Of a DNA stretch of 64,000 nt, positions 30,999 through 41,100 are shown piece after piece. The DNA lies in assembly GCA_029775855.1 (NCBI GenBank), contig JARVJZ010000002.1:32001-96000 (forward strand), in the 5' to 3' direction. A program made the position numbers and the translations under genes. The notes under the pieces were generated by a model that had not been told where the DNA came from, made no database searches, and was given only the letters and a program-made list of their open reading frames with translations. Positions within the stretch are counted from its first letter, which is position 1. Each line of letters opens with the position of its first letter. Origin of the DNA: Nitrososphaeria archaeon. Lineage in GTDB: Archaea > Thermoproteota > Nitrososphaeria > Nitrososphaerales > JAAOZN01.

Positions 30999-31895
30999 GT
31001 GGTAGGCTTGGCGGGCGAAGCTATAATCTTCGCCATTCTAGCCGGCCTACTATTCGCTATAGCTAACATGTTCATGAGGGTGGGGGTCATTAAGGGAGAC
31101 CCTGTTTACGGGACAGCAGTCTCTACATTAACAGGTTCGATGATACTTGGTATAACGCTGGTTATGTTGAATCAGATTACAGCGGTTTTAACGTTAGGTG
31201 TATTCGATTTGGTGCTCTTTGCTGTTGCTGGTTTGCTTAACTTCACAGTATCTAGAACACTTTTCTTTGTAAGCAGCAGTATAATAGGTGTCGCCAGAGC
31301 CCAGCCTATAATTAGCTTAAACTCTATAGTTGCGGTGGTAGTGGGGCTGACGTTTCTTGCTGAGAAACTTACGTTAAGCGAGGGGTTAAGTGTGATCTTT
31401 ATGCTCTCTGGACTGATTTTGATATCTTTAAGTAATCCTGAGAAGAGAAGAGTCTCTCAAAGCAAATTTTATGCAGGCTTGTTATACGCATTAATAGGCT
31501 CTATAGCTGTTGGCTTTAGCCCTATACTTATCGCCATAGGTTTCAGAAGCGGTGCGCAACCAATTGTGGGTATTTCGATCTCCTATTTCTTTGCTTCACT
31601 AGGCTGGGGTTTAGTGCTTCTCTTTGGGCGTTGGTTAAGATTTCCCGGCGAGGGTAGAAAGGTTATCCGCCCATTTGTTATACAAGGCTTCTTTGTGACT
31701 TTAGCTCAGCTTAACAGATACTTTTCCATATACTTTGGTCCAGTTGTGTTGGTGACGCCAATATTTACGAGCGTATCTCCAATCCTCACAGCATTATTTG
31801 CTTACATCTTTCTTCAGAGAATCGAGCAAGTTAACTTTAGAGTTTGGTTATCGATAGCCTTTGTGGTATTAGGAATATATTTGGCATCTACTTAA
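30999..31895 (+). CDS. DMT/EamA family transporter
   Basis: About ten TM segments in two repeats; IGVARA.PI and FLAEK motifs. Confidence 0.85.
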   Translation: MVGLAGEAIIFAILAGLLFAIANMFMRVGVIKGDPVYGTAVSTLTGSMILGITLVMLNQITAVLTLGVFDLVLFAVAGLLNFTVSRTLFFVSSSIIGVARAQPIISLNSIVAVVVGLTFLAEKLTLSEGLSVIFMLSGLILISLSNPEKRRVSQSKFYAGLLYALIGSIAVGFSPILIAIGFRSGAQPIVGISISYFFASLGWGLVLLFGRWLRFPGEGRKVIRPFVIQGFFVTLAQLNRYFSIYFGPVVLVTPIFTSVSPILTALFAYIFLQRIEQVNFRVWLSIAFVVLGIYLAST

Positions 31896-32080
31896 TCTCT
31901 TAAATTACTGTTGTTAAACTAAAGCAAGTTTGGAAGAATTGAGCTAAATAGATCACAGAGTATTATCCGTGTAAATTTAGCTGCTAAGTAAAATTTTTAT
32001 TCTACAACATCGTACGGTAGAAATACTGGCTGGGTAATGAAAGGAAGAGTGTATAGACTCAAATTCGACGGTGGCGTTGG

Positions 32081-32455
32081 GTGTTCAAAATGGGCATCCA
32101 CGTTATCGCCGAATTCTTTGGTGTGGAGCCTTGGAAGATCTCCCGAGTGGATACTCTACGTGAACTAATTGACAAAATCGTCTTAGAATCTGGTTTAAAA
32201 CCAATCACATCCTCTTACCATCAATTTGAGCCTCAGGGCGTTTCTGGCTTTTACCTTCTGAGAGAATCCCATTTTAGCATCCATACTTGGCCAGAGTTTC
32301 GATATGCTGCTGTAGACGTCTTTAGCTGCGGTGTTGAAGAAACAGCCTTCAAAGCTGTAGAACTTTTGAAAAAAGATTTGAAGCCTAAGAAGATAGTTAA
32401 GAAGATCATTAGGAGGGGTCCTGTTGGAAAGGTTAAAGACGATGATTCTTCATGA
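32081..32455 (+). CDS. speD: S-adenosylmethionine decarboxylase proenzyme
   Basis: GIHVIAE, HQFEPQGVS, ESH self-cleavage site, HTWPE and DVFSCG. Confidence 0.92.
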   Translation: MFKMGIHVIAEFFGVEPWKISRVDTLRELIDKIVLESGLKPITSSYHQFEPQGVSGFYLLRESHFSIHTWPEFRYAAVDVFSCGVEETAFKAVELLKKDLKPKKIVKKIIRRGPVGKVKDDDSS

Positions 32456-33455
32456 ACTTAATACAGCAAAGTCTCTATGGGATCTTCTCGCAGTATTACA
32501 TTACCCAATTAAAGATGTTCTTAAAGCCATTAAAGAACTCAGAGAAGAAGGATTCATTAAAGTTGCTGAAAATGGATTTGAACTTATAGATAAGGGAAAA
32601 GGCTTCGTTAAATCTGTCACAAAATATACAGGCAACATATGTAGCGCTTGCCAAGGTAAAAGAGTTGTTCTCGACGATGCCTTTAACGAAGTTTTAAATG
32701 AATTCAAGAAATTAGTAAAAGATAGACCCCAGCCATCCTCAGAGTTCTTTCAAGGATATATGAAGGAAGAGGATGTGATTAACAGAATTGCTTTTATGCA
32801 CCACTATAGGGATGTAGCGGATAAAGAAATTGTGCTGATAGGTGATGACGATTTAGTGAGCGTAGCGTTATCACTTACAGGTCTTCCAAAAAGGATCTGT
32901 GTCTTAGATATAGATGAGAGAATAGGAAGCTTCTTAAAAGCATTAAGAAAGTCTCACGGATTAGAAATAGAGTTCAGAAAATATGATGTGTCTGAAAACC
33001 TACCACCAGACCTTATATCTTCATTTGACGTATTTTCCTCAGAACCCCTAGAAACTTTAAGTGGGCTGAGAGTTTTCTTGGGAAGAGGAATAAGCTGCCT
33101 TAAAGAGGATGGTGTAGGTTATTTTGGTCTTACTGTCCTTGAGGCGTCTTATAGAAAGTGGAGGGCTGTTCAGAACTTTTTGTTGAGAAGTAACTGTGTG
33201 ATAACAGATGTAGTTAGAGACTTTTCACGATATCCGATGCAGTATGAGACAGTAGACTATGAAAACTTTGCCAATAAACTAGGCTTACCCTCACATGGGC
33301 GTAGAGATTGGTATAAGTCAACATTATTTAGGTTCGAAGTGTTAGGAAAGCCGAAGATACTTGTCAATCCCAATAAGAAGATCAAGGTTCAGAGCATCGA
33401 TAAAAATGAAGACCTCACACATCCTCTCCTTGACCTTGATGTTTATCGGTTATAA
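32424..33455 (+). CDS. bpsA: Branched-chain polyamine synthase (N4-bis(aminopropyl)spermidine synthase)
   Basis: FFQGY, IGDDDLVS, LDIDER, FDVFSSEPLET and WYKS motifs; coupled to speD. Confidence 0.85.
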   Translation: MERLKTMILHELNTAKSLWDLLAVLHYPIKDVLKAIKELREEGFIKVAENGFELIDKGKGFVKSVTKYTGNICSACQGKRVVLDDAFNEVLNEFKKLVKDRPQPSSEFFQGYMKEEDVINRIAFMHHYRDVADKEIVLIGDDDLVSVALSLTGLPKRICVLDIDERIGSFLKALRKSHGLEIEFRKYDVSENLPPDLISSFDVFSSEPLETLSGLRVFLGRGISCLKEDGVGYFGLTVLEASYRKWRAVQNFLLRSNCVITDVVRDFSRYPMQYETVDYENFANKLGLPSHGRRDWYKSTLFRFEVLGKPKILVNPNKKIKVQSIDKNEDLTHPLLDLDVYRL

Positions 33456-33483
33456 GATGTGTTATGTTGTCATCTAGAGTTCG

Positions 33484-34236
33484 TTAGATGGTGTGAATCT
33501 TAATGTCTGCTGAGCTCATTTCAACTAAACCTTGTTCATACTCTACAATTAGCAAGCCTTCGTTCGACACACCTTTTACTCGCGCTTCAAAGACTCTATC
33601 TAACTTTTCAATTTTAACTAATTTACCTGAAAGTATATCTCGCTCAGACCACTCTTTAATAATCAAGGTTGAGCCTTCTTGTTGAAGGTTATCATATAAA
33701 TACTCAAAATGTGATAATATACGTTGCAACATGTCTGTTAGGTTTATTTGACGCTTAAGTTCGTGTTGAATGGTTGTAGCTTCGCTTCTAAGCGCTTCTG
33801 GTAGTTGTTGAAGTGGTATGTTTGCGTTCAAACCTACACCAGCGATTGCGTAGAGAAGATTATCGCCTACGCTCTCAGATTCAACGAGAATACCGCAGAC
33901 CTTCTTTGAATTTATTATGCAGTCGTTAGGCCATTTTAAAGCGCATTTCAACCCCTCTTCTTCGATACTTTTAGCCACAGCAACCCCTAATGCTAATGGA
34001 AGAGTAGATAATTGGGAGTATCTGAGCCTTGGTCTAAGGAGTATGCTGAAGTATAGTCCTCCTTTAGTTGTGTAGAAAGGTCTTCCCATTCTACCTCGTG
34101 CATGCTCTAACCGCTCAGCAACTACTGTAAAGCCTTCTTGCATACCTTTAAGCGCAGCTTCTCTCACAACATCCTGTGTGCTTGTAGCCCACTCAAGGTA
34201 TATAATTGGTTTACCTAACCTCTTAGCCTTAGCCAT
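33484..34236 (-). CDS. birA: Biotin--protein ligase (no N-terminal HTH)
   Basis: STQD, RGRMGR, KWPND, KKVCGILVE and GVGLN motifs. Confidence 0.92.
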   Translation of the reverse strand: MAKAKRLGKPIIYLEWATSTQDVVREAALKGMQEGFTVVAERLEHARGRMGRPFYTTKGGLYFSILLRPRLRYSQLSTLPLALGVAVAKSIEEEGLKCALKWPNDCIINSKKVCGILVESESVGDNLLYAIAGVGLNANIPLQQLPEALRSEATTIQHELKRQINLTDMLQRILSHFEYLYDNLQQEGSTLIIKEWSERDILSGKLVKIEKLDRVFEARVKGVSNEGLLIVEYEQGLVEMSSADIKIHTI

Positions 34237-34254
34237 AACTGTTGTGGCACCGTT

Positions 34255-34842
34255 TTAACGTAGTATGCTAGCTAGGTCCTTTCTTAACCTTACCGCTATT
34301 GGCGCTGCAACCACCATCTTCAAAAGGTCTACTGGTATGAAAGGTAGCCCACCTATAAGAAAAGTTTCCACGAATGGTTTATGTAAGTATGTTGAAAGCC
34401 AAGAAACACCTATTAAATAGATAACTACTAATGAAAGCAACATCCCACATAACACCTTCCCATACTCACTTTGCAATGACTTTGAACGATTGAACGTAAT
34501 TAACCCATTTACTAACGCCGCTATGGGGAAAGCCAGTAGATAGCCTCCAGTTGGGCCTATTATATGTCCTAATCCAGCACCGAAGCGTGAGAAGACAGGT
34601 AAGCCTAAGGCGCCAATGGTTAGGTAGAGAAGCATCGATAAAGCGCCATATATTGGTCCTGCTAGGCATCCAGCTAAGTAGACGAAGAATACTTGAAGGG
34701 TTATGGGAACAGGAGTGAATGGTAGAGGTATAGATATTCCTCCAGTTGCAGCTGTTAACGCTGCTAATATGGCTGCTAAAGCCAAGCCTTTAACTCTGGA
34801 CTTCTTTAAAAAGATCTTACGCTCGACAGCGAAGGTATCCAT
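34255..34842 (-). CDS. bioY: Biotin transporter BioY
   Basis: PVPITLQ, GLPVF, GPTGGYL and PFIPVDLLK motifs. Confidence 0.93.
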   Translation of the reverse strand: MDTFAVERKIFLKKSRVKGLALAAILAALTAATGGISIPLPFTPVPITLQVFFVYLAGCLAGPIYGALSMLLYLTIGALGLPVFSRFGAGLGHIIGPTGGYLLAFPIAALVNGLITFNRSKSLQSEYGKVLCGMLLSLVVIYLIGVSWLSTYLHKPFVETFLIGGLPFIPVDLLKMVVAAPIAVRLRKDLASILR

Positions 34843-35037
34843 AGAATGGAGTTTCTCTTTTATAGTTTAAAAGTTTAGTGAGTATAGAGGAGGTCTACCA
34901 TAATTCTGAAGCTTATGTCCCTCTATTCACGGCGAACATCAGATAAACTTTACAAACCTTTGTGTCGCAGCTTATCTAGTCCAATCTACTACTATTTATA
35001 TGCGAAGACTTAATTAACACGCATTTAAAGAGTAGAG

Positions 35038-35412
35038 GTGGAAATGGCTAGCCAAGAGATACCTCCATGGCTTAAGGAGCAGCTCGCACGATTTGAGCAG
35101 CTCCAGCAAAGTCTTCAAGCTATTCTTGTTCAGAAGCAGCAAGTCGAGCTTGAAGCTGCTGAAGTTGAGAAGGCGTTAGAGGAGCTGAGGAAGGCTAACC
35201 AGGATGATCCTGTGTATAAGTCTGCTGGCAGCGTGCTTATTAGGGTTAAGCGTGATGATCTGTTAAAGGAGCTTGAGGAGAAGAAGGAGTTAGCTAACAC
35301 TAGGATGCTTGTTTTAAGTAAGCAGGAAAGTAGGATAAGGGAGAACCTAAAGGATCTTCAAGTTAAGATCGACGAGGCGGTTCGTGGTAGAGGGCAGCCC
35401 CCAGCATCCTAG
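35038..35412 (+). CDS. pfdB: Prefoldin beta subunit
   Basis: Coiled coil with central VYKSAGSVLI hairpin. Confidence 0.93.
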   Translation: MEMASQEIPPWLKEQLARFEQLQQSLQAILVQKQQVELEAAEVEKALEELRKANQDDPVYKSAGSVLIRVKRDDLLKELEEKKELANTRMLVLSKQESRIRENLKDLQVKIDEAVRGRGQPPAS

Positions 35413-35480
35413 TAGACATTTGTCGAAGATTCTTCTCCAAAAGCGAAGATGTTTTCTTTAACCGCAACTACACTTATAAT

Positions 35481-35747
35481 GTGCCTATAGCGTATGTGTT
35501 AATAAAAACAGCTGCTGGTGCTGAGTCAAAGGTATTTGAAGCGCTCTTAAAGATAGATGGCATTGAGGAAGTCAATGTAGTCTACGGTGAGTTTGACCTC
35601 ATAGCAAAAATTAATGCTCGAAGCATGGATGAGCTTAGGGATGTTGTTGTGAAGCGTATAAGAGGAGTTGGTGGTGTAGAGAGAACAGAAACCGCTATAG
35701 TAACAATCAGCTCAATCAAATATCCTTCAGAAGAAAAGCTAGGTTAA
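35481..35747 (+). CDS. Lrp/AsnC ligand-binding (RAM) domain protein
   Basis: AYVLI, VYGEFDLIAKI and IR...GVERTET motifs. Confidence 0.88.
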   Translation: MPIAYVLIKTAAGAESKVFEALLKIDGIEEVNVVYGEFDLIAKINARSMDELRDVVVKRIRGVGGVERTETAIVTISSIKYPSEEKLG

Positions 35748-35753
35748 ACTTCG

Positions 35754-36236
35754 CTAATATACTAACCCCCTTCCAAGCCTTAAAGCATAGCGTTTAACTG
35801 CATTCTCTTGTTGGGATGTCTTCACAGAGCCGGGGCGATTTTCCCTAACTCTTGCTAGTGCTGCTACATAGTCTAAACCTTTGTATATGAGGTAGCACGC
35901 TAAAAGCGTGCCTGTTCTTCCTACACCAGCTCTGCACGAGACCGCTACTCGTTTGCCCTCCTTTATCTTTGTATCTATGTAATGCACTAATCGGTCTAAT
36001 TGGGCTTGTGATGGAGGGCAATAATCAGGCACCGGCTCGTGGTAGTCCTCTAATCCCGCCTCTAACACATCTTTTGACGAAACCAGTGTCTCATCAATGT
36101 CTGCTAGTCTTATAAGGCAGTCTACACCAGAATCTTTGAGAAACTTTAAGTCCTCTTTGCTTCTTGGCCCTTTGCTTGCTGCTAGTTGATTTGGTATGAG
36201 CCAAGTAAAGTATAGTTCTTCTGCTATATCACTCAT
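35754..36236 (-). CDS. Dual-specificity/tyrosine protein phosphatase
   Basis: CX5R loop SCRAGVGRT, PVPD and RPGSV...Q motifs. Confidence 0.9.
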   Translation of the reverse strand: MSDIAEELYFTWLIPNQLAASKGPRSKEDLKFLKDSGVDCLIRLADIDETLVSSKDVLEAGLEDYHEPVPDYCPPSQAQLDRLVHYIDTKIKEGKRVAVSCRAGVGRTGTLLACYLIYKGLDYVAALARVRENRPGSVKTSQQENAVKRYALRLGRGLVY

Positions 36237-36505
36237 GTTCTTTTCACACATGCTTCTTCTATAAAGCGCCTAATTTCATCTTCGTGTGGCACGCCTACAA
36301 AGACCAGCCTACCGTTCACCACTAGGGCAGGTGTGGATGTTATTTCATATTTTAATCTGATTTCCGGCTGCTTCAAGACATCAACTTCTTCTACAATAAC
36401 AAACACATTCTGCTTCTTAAGATCGTCAACAACTTTGCTGACACGCATCTTTACCGTATTACAGTATGCGCATCTTGGGGATGTTAGAACCTCTACCCTA
36501 ACCAT
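36233..36505 (-). CDS. Thioredoxin/glutaredoxin-like protein
   Basis: CAYC, cis-Pro STP and FVGVP motifs. Confidence 0.85.
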   Translation of the reverse strand: MVRVEVLTSPRCAYCNTVKMRVSKVVDDLKKQNVFVIVEEVDVLKQPEIRLKYEITSTPALVVNGRLVFVGVPHEDEIRRFIEEACVKRT

Positions 36506-36549
36506 ATGTTCAATGCATATTGATAAGTGGCTTTAACTCTTTCTCCCAT

Positions 36550-37056
36550 TTATCCGAAAGTCTTTCTTTCAACCTCTAAAATTTCTTCTTCTCCAGAAGC
36601 TTTTGAATATGCATCCAAGAGTTCTTTGTTTAAGGTTAAGAAGGTTGGGCCCCACTTGTATATTTTAAGCAAGTTTTCTGCTTGCTCTTTATTTGAGGTT
36701 ATGTAGAGCGCGGCTGCGGCTGCTTCTAGTGAGCTGAGTCTGCCGATCTGCCCATAGTTTATGGGGTTGGCTGCTACTAATAGGGGTAGTCTCACTCTTT
36801 TACCCTTGGTTTTGCGTGGGAAGGCTTCCTCAATCCTTTGCCAAGAGCAGTCTATCACAACTAAACCTTGGGTTAGATCGTCTTTTGGTGTAAGTATGCT
36901 GTTTGAGGTTGGGTCTAAGATGACCATCTTCGGGTTTATGTGGTTTAGTCTATATAGCGGGTGGGCTAGCTTCATTCTACGCATCTTTGCGGATGTGCAT
37001 TTCTTCGGGTCGTCTTGATGCATCTCATACACATATATCCGTATATTCAACCACAT
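36550..37056 (-). CDS. tsr3: 16S rRNA aminocarboxypropyltransferase Tsr3
   Basis: QDDPKKCT, DCSW, LPLLVAANPINYG, LSSLEA and KWGPTFL..N motifs. Confidence 0.93.
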   Translation of the reverse strand: MWLNIRIYVYEMHQDDPKKCTSAKMRRMKLAHPLYRLNHINPKMVILDPTSNSILTPKDDLTQGLVVIDCSWQRIEEAFPRKTKGKRVRLPLLVAANPINYGQIGRLSSLEAAAAALYITSNKEQAENLLKIYKWGPTFLTLNKELLDAYSKASGEEEILEVERKTFG

Positions 37057-37104
37057 TTGGTTTGTAGAGGGCTTATATAATAAGCAATCTACACATCTAT
37101 ACAG

Positions 37105-38124
37105 ATGAAGGCTGTAGTATATTATGAACATGGTGGAGCAGATAAGCTGATCTATGAAGAAAGAGAGAAGCCAAAAATTGGAGAAGGAGAAGCGTTAATT
37201 AAAGTTGAAGCTTGTGCGTTAAATAGACTTGACATACTGACTAGAAGAGGTGTTGTAAAGACCACAGCAACTCTACCACATATACTCGGTGGAGACATCG
37301 TCGGCTACATCGAGGAGCAGAAAGGAAGTAATCTAGAAATAGGCACACCAGTCCTTGTCTACACAGCAATAACTTGTGGTAGGTGCCAAGCTTGCCTTTC
37401 TGGTAAAGAGAACCGCTGCCAATTTCTTAAGATGATAGGCTTTCATACAGATGGAGGTTATGCAGAGTATGTTCGAGTGCCTATTCGAAACCTTATACCC
37501 CTTAACCCTAAAATTCCACTGGAGGAGTATGCTGCCATACCTATTGATTACACTACTGTGTGGCACGCTTTAGTTGAAAGAGGCAGTCTTAAGGTTGGTG
37601 AGAGTATCTTAATCTGGGCAGGCGGAAGCGGCGCGGGAACAGTCGCATGTAGATTGGCCAAACTTATGGGTGCTACGGTCTTTACAACCGTTGGCAGCGC
37701 TGACAAAGCTGAGAAGGCAAAGAGCTTTGCAGATTACGTATTTAACCACTATACTGATGATGTGCCTAAATCTGTGAAAGAGGCTACTGGAGGAAGAGGT
37801 GTTGATGTAGTCTTAGATTATGTTGGCTCAGCAACTTGGAGAAAGAGTCTTGAATGCTTAGCTGTAGGTGGTAGAATGATAACCTTCGGCGGATTAAGCG
37901 GGTTTAGTGGTGATGTAGATATAAGAGCATTCTACACGAGACACCTTACGCTCATAGGAACCTACTATGGAACAAAACCTGATCTCCATAAAGCACTAGA
38001 ATTTGTTGAGAAAGGACTTCTAAGACCTATAATAGATTCCATCTACCCGCTTAAAGATGCTCAGTCAGCGCATATTAGAATGGAGGAGAGTAAACACTTC
38101 GGAAAGATCCTACTCAAACCTTAA
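37105..38124 (+). CDS. Zinc-binding alcohol dehydrogenase/quinone oxidoreductase (MDR family)
   Basis: ALNRLD, CGRCQAC...C, GGSGAG and HFGKILL motifs. Confidence 0.9.
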   Translation: MKAVVYYEHGGADKLIYEEREKPKIGEGEALIKVEACALNRLDILTRRGVVKTTATLPHILGGDIVGYIEEQKGSNLEIGTPVLVYTAITCGRCQACLSGKENRCQFLKMIGFHTDGGYAEYVRVPIRNLIPLNPKIPLEEYAAIPIDYTTVWHALVERGSLKVGESILIWAGGSGAGTVACRLAKLMGATVFTTVGSADKAEKAKSFADYVFNHYTDDVPKSVKEATGGRGVDVVLDYVGSATWRKSLECLAVGGRMITFGGLSGFSGDVDIRAFYTRHLTLIGTYYGTKPDLHKALEFVEKGLLRPIIDSIYPLKDAQSAHIRMEESKHFGKILLKP

Positions 38125-41100
38125 GATACGGGTATCTTCAGCTCCCCTCTATGTATCATCTTTAACCCTTCAACAAATGCTTCAGCGTCTTCGTAGGTTG
38201 TTAGCACTGGAACACCTAACTCAACAGCCTTCCTCCTAATCTGATACTCATCCTCTAACATACTCGCGAACTTCTCTAAAACACTAGTAGAAGGTATGTT
38301 TATGATAAGTTCGAGCTTCCCTTCAACCAAATAGTCAAGAATGTTAGGTTTACGCTCTGGCTCGCTAATCTTATTCAAAACTTTAACACATAAACCCCCT
38401 TTCCTCTCCAAATATTCCGCTGTATGCTCAGTAGCATAGACATTAAAGTTGAGCCCGATTAACTCCTTTGTGAGGTTAAGTATTCGATCTTTCAATTGAA
38501 TGCCTCCTACTGTTATTAGTATGTTGCCATTAGGTTTAGGTATCTTGTAGCCTACCGCTATGAGCGCCTTTATTAAAGCCTCAAAAAAGCTCCTACCAAA
38601 ACACGCGACTTCCCCTGTTGAACGCATCTCTACACCAAGATGAGGATCTGCTCCGTCGAGCTGCATAAATGAAAATTGAGGCGCTTTTACACAGACTTGC
38701 GTCATAGATGAATCTCCTCTCGGCAAAGTTGGAATCTTACCGTTGAGTATCGCTAAGGCAGCAAGCGAAATTAGGTTCACGCCAGTGGCCTTGGATACAA
38801 AAGGCATAGATCTAGAAGCCCTAAGATTACATTCTATAACATAGACTATACCATCCTTATATAGAAACTGTATGTTAAAAGGACCCTTTATTCTAAGGCT
38901 CTTAGCTATCTTAGTAGCATACTCTACAGCGACTTGCTGAACATCTGCTGGAAGTCTTTGAGGTGGTATGCACATTATAGCGTCGCCAGAGTGAACACCA
39001 GCTTGCTCAACATGCTCTATAACCGCCCCAATATACACACTCTCTCCATCACAAACACCATCGATCTCAAACTCTTGCGCATCCATTATGAACTTACTTA
39101 TAACTACAGGATGCTCTGGGCTAACCTTCGCCGCCTTTAGCAAAAACTGCTCTAGATGCTTCTGCGTCCAAACGATTCTCATAGCTGCTCCACTTAACAC
39201 ATAAGATGGTCTTACCAAGATTGGGTAGGAGACCTTCTTAGCGAAGGCTTTAGCATCTTCTATGGAGGTGAAGGTGCTCCACTCTGGCTGTGGTATATGT
39301 AGCTCGTCTAAAAGTCTACTGAATTTCGCTCTATCTTCAGCTCTATCGATATCCACACTGTCTGTGCCTAGTATCTTTGCGCCGTATGCTGTTAAGGAGG
39401 TTGCAAGGTTATTAGGTATCTGCCCACCTACAGAGATTACAACACCAAAGGGGCGCTCTTTCTCATAGATGTCCAAAACCCGCTCTAGCGTCAATTCTTC
39501 AAAATAGAGTTTGTCACTCATATCATAGTCTGTTGAGACTGTCTCTGGGTTGCAGTTAACCACAATAACTTCTTCAACACCATTATTCTTCAGATCCCAA
39601 ACCATATTCATAGTAGACCAATCAAATTCAACCGAACTTCCTATCCTATAAGTGCCAGCACCTAAAACCATCACCTTCATCACATCCCTAAATTGTATAT
39701 CGTCTGTATCACCGTTGTAAGTAAAGTAAAGGTAGTTCGTCTTAGCCGGCCACTCAGCAGCTAAGGTATCTATCTGCTTAACCACCGGCACTATATTGAG
39801 CCTCTTACGAAGAAGTCTAACTTCAGACACAGACAACCCTATACACTCAGCTATCTGAGCATCTGAAAAACCTAGCTGCTTTGCTCTACGAAGAAGATCA
39901 GGAGCATCACCACTAGCTACTTTTCTCGCCTCTTTCCTTAAGATTCTTTCCATTTCGATGATGTTCTTGATCTTGTTTATGAACCAAGGGTCGATGCTGC
40001 TCAGCTTATTTATTCGTTCAACCGTAAAACCGGCTTTAAGTGCATCTGCTACATCAAAGATTATTTCATCGGTCATACGCTGCAGCCTAGCTTCGATTTT
40101 ATCCGGATCAACCAACGGTTCGTGTCTACTATCTGCTACAAGCCCATTCTTGCCTATGTCAAGCATTCTGATAGCTTTCTGTAGAGCTTCTTCGAAACAT
40201 CTACCGATAGCCATAACTTCCCCAACAGACTTCATCTGTGTACCTATGTTTCTAGTAACTTTATCGAACTTTGTTAAATCCCATCGCGGCATTTTAACAG
40301 TAACATAGTCAAGCGCGGGTTCAAAACCAGCTGTAGTTATACCAGTGACTTTATTGATCAACTCTGAAAGCGAGTAACCCAACATAAGCTTCGCAGCAAT
40401 GTATGCTATTGGGTAGCCTGTCGCCTTAGATGCTAGTGCTGATGAACGTGATAGTCTGGCGTTTATTTCAATAGCAACATATCTTTCTGAATTGGGTTCT
40501 AAAGCGAATTGTATGTTACACTCTCCTACTATTTTACAAGCTTCAGTAGCCTTTAAAGCAGCTGTTCTTAGAAGATGATATTCCCGATTGTTTAGGGTCT
40601 GTGAAGGGGCTATGACTATGTTATCGCCAGTATGGACTTTCATAGCTAAAATATTCTCCATATTACATACAGTCATACCGTTTCCATAGGCATCTCTCAT
40701 AACTTCATATTCGATCTGCTTCCAAGTTCCTATATACTCTTCAATAAGCACTTGATGCGTTAAGCTGCTCATCAACCCTCTGGTAACGATCTCCTCAAAC
40801 TCGTATTCGTTAAAGGCTACTCCACTACCCCTACCTCCAAGTGTATATGCTACACGAACCATAATCGGGTATCCTAGTTCATCAACAATCTTTTTCGCTT
40901 CTTCAAGCGAATATGCAGCTGCGCTTCTCGCTACGGGTATACCCGCGTCTAGCATAGTCTTACGAAACAAATCTCGATCTTCGGTAGCTTCGATGCCTTC
41001 TATGGGTGTGCCAAGCACCTTGACACCATACTTGTCTAAGACACCCCTTTTTGATAACGTGATACCACAGTTCAGAGCAGTCTGCCCTCCAAAGGATAGC

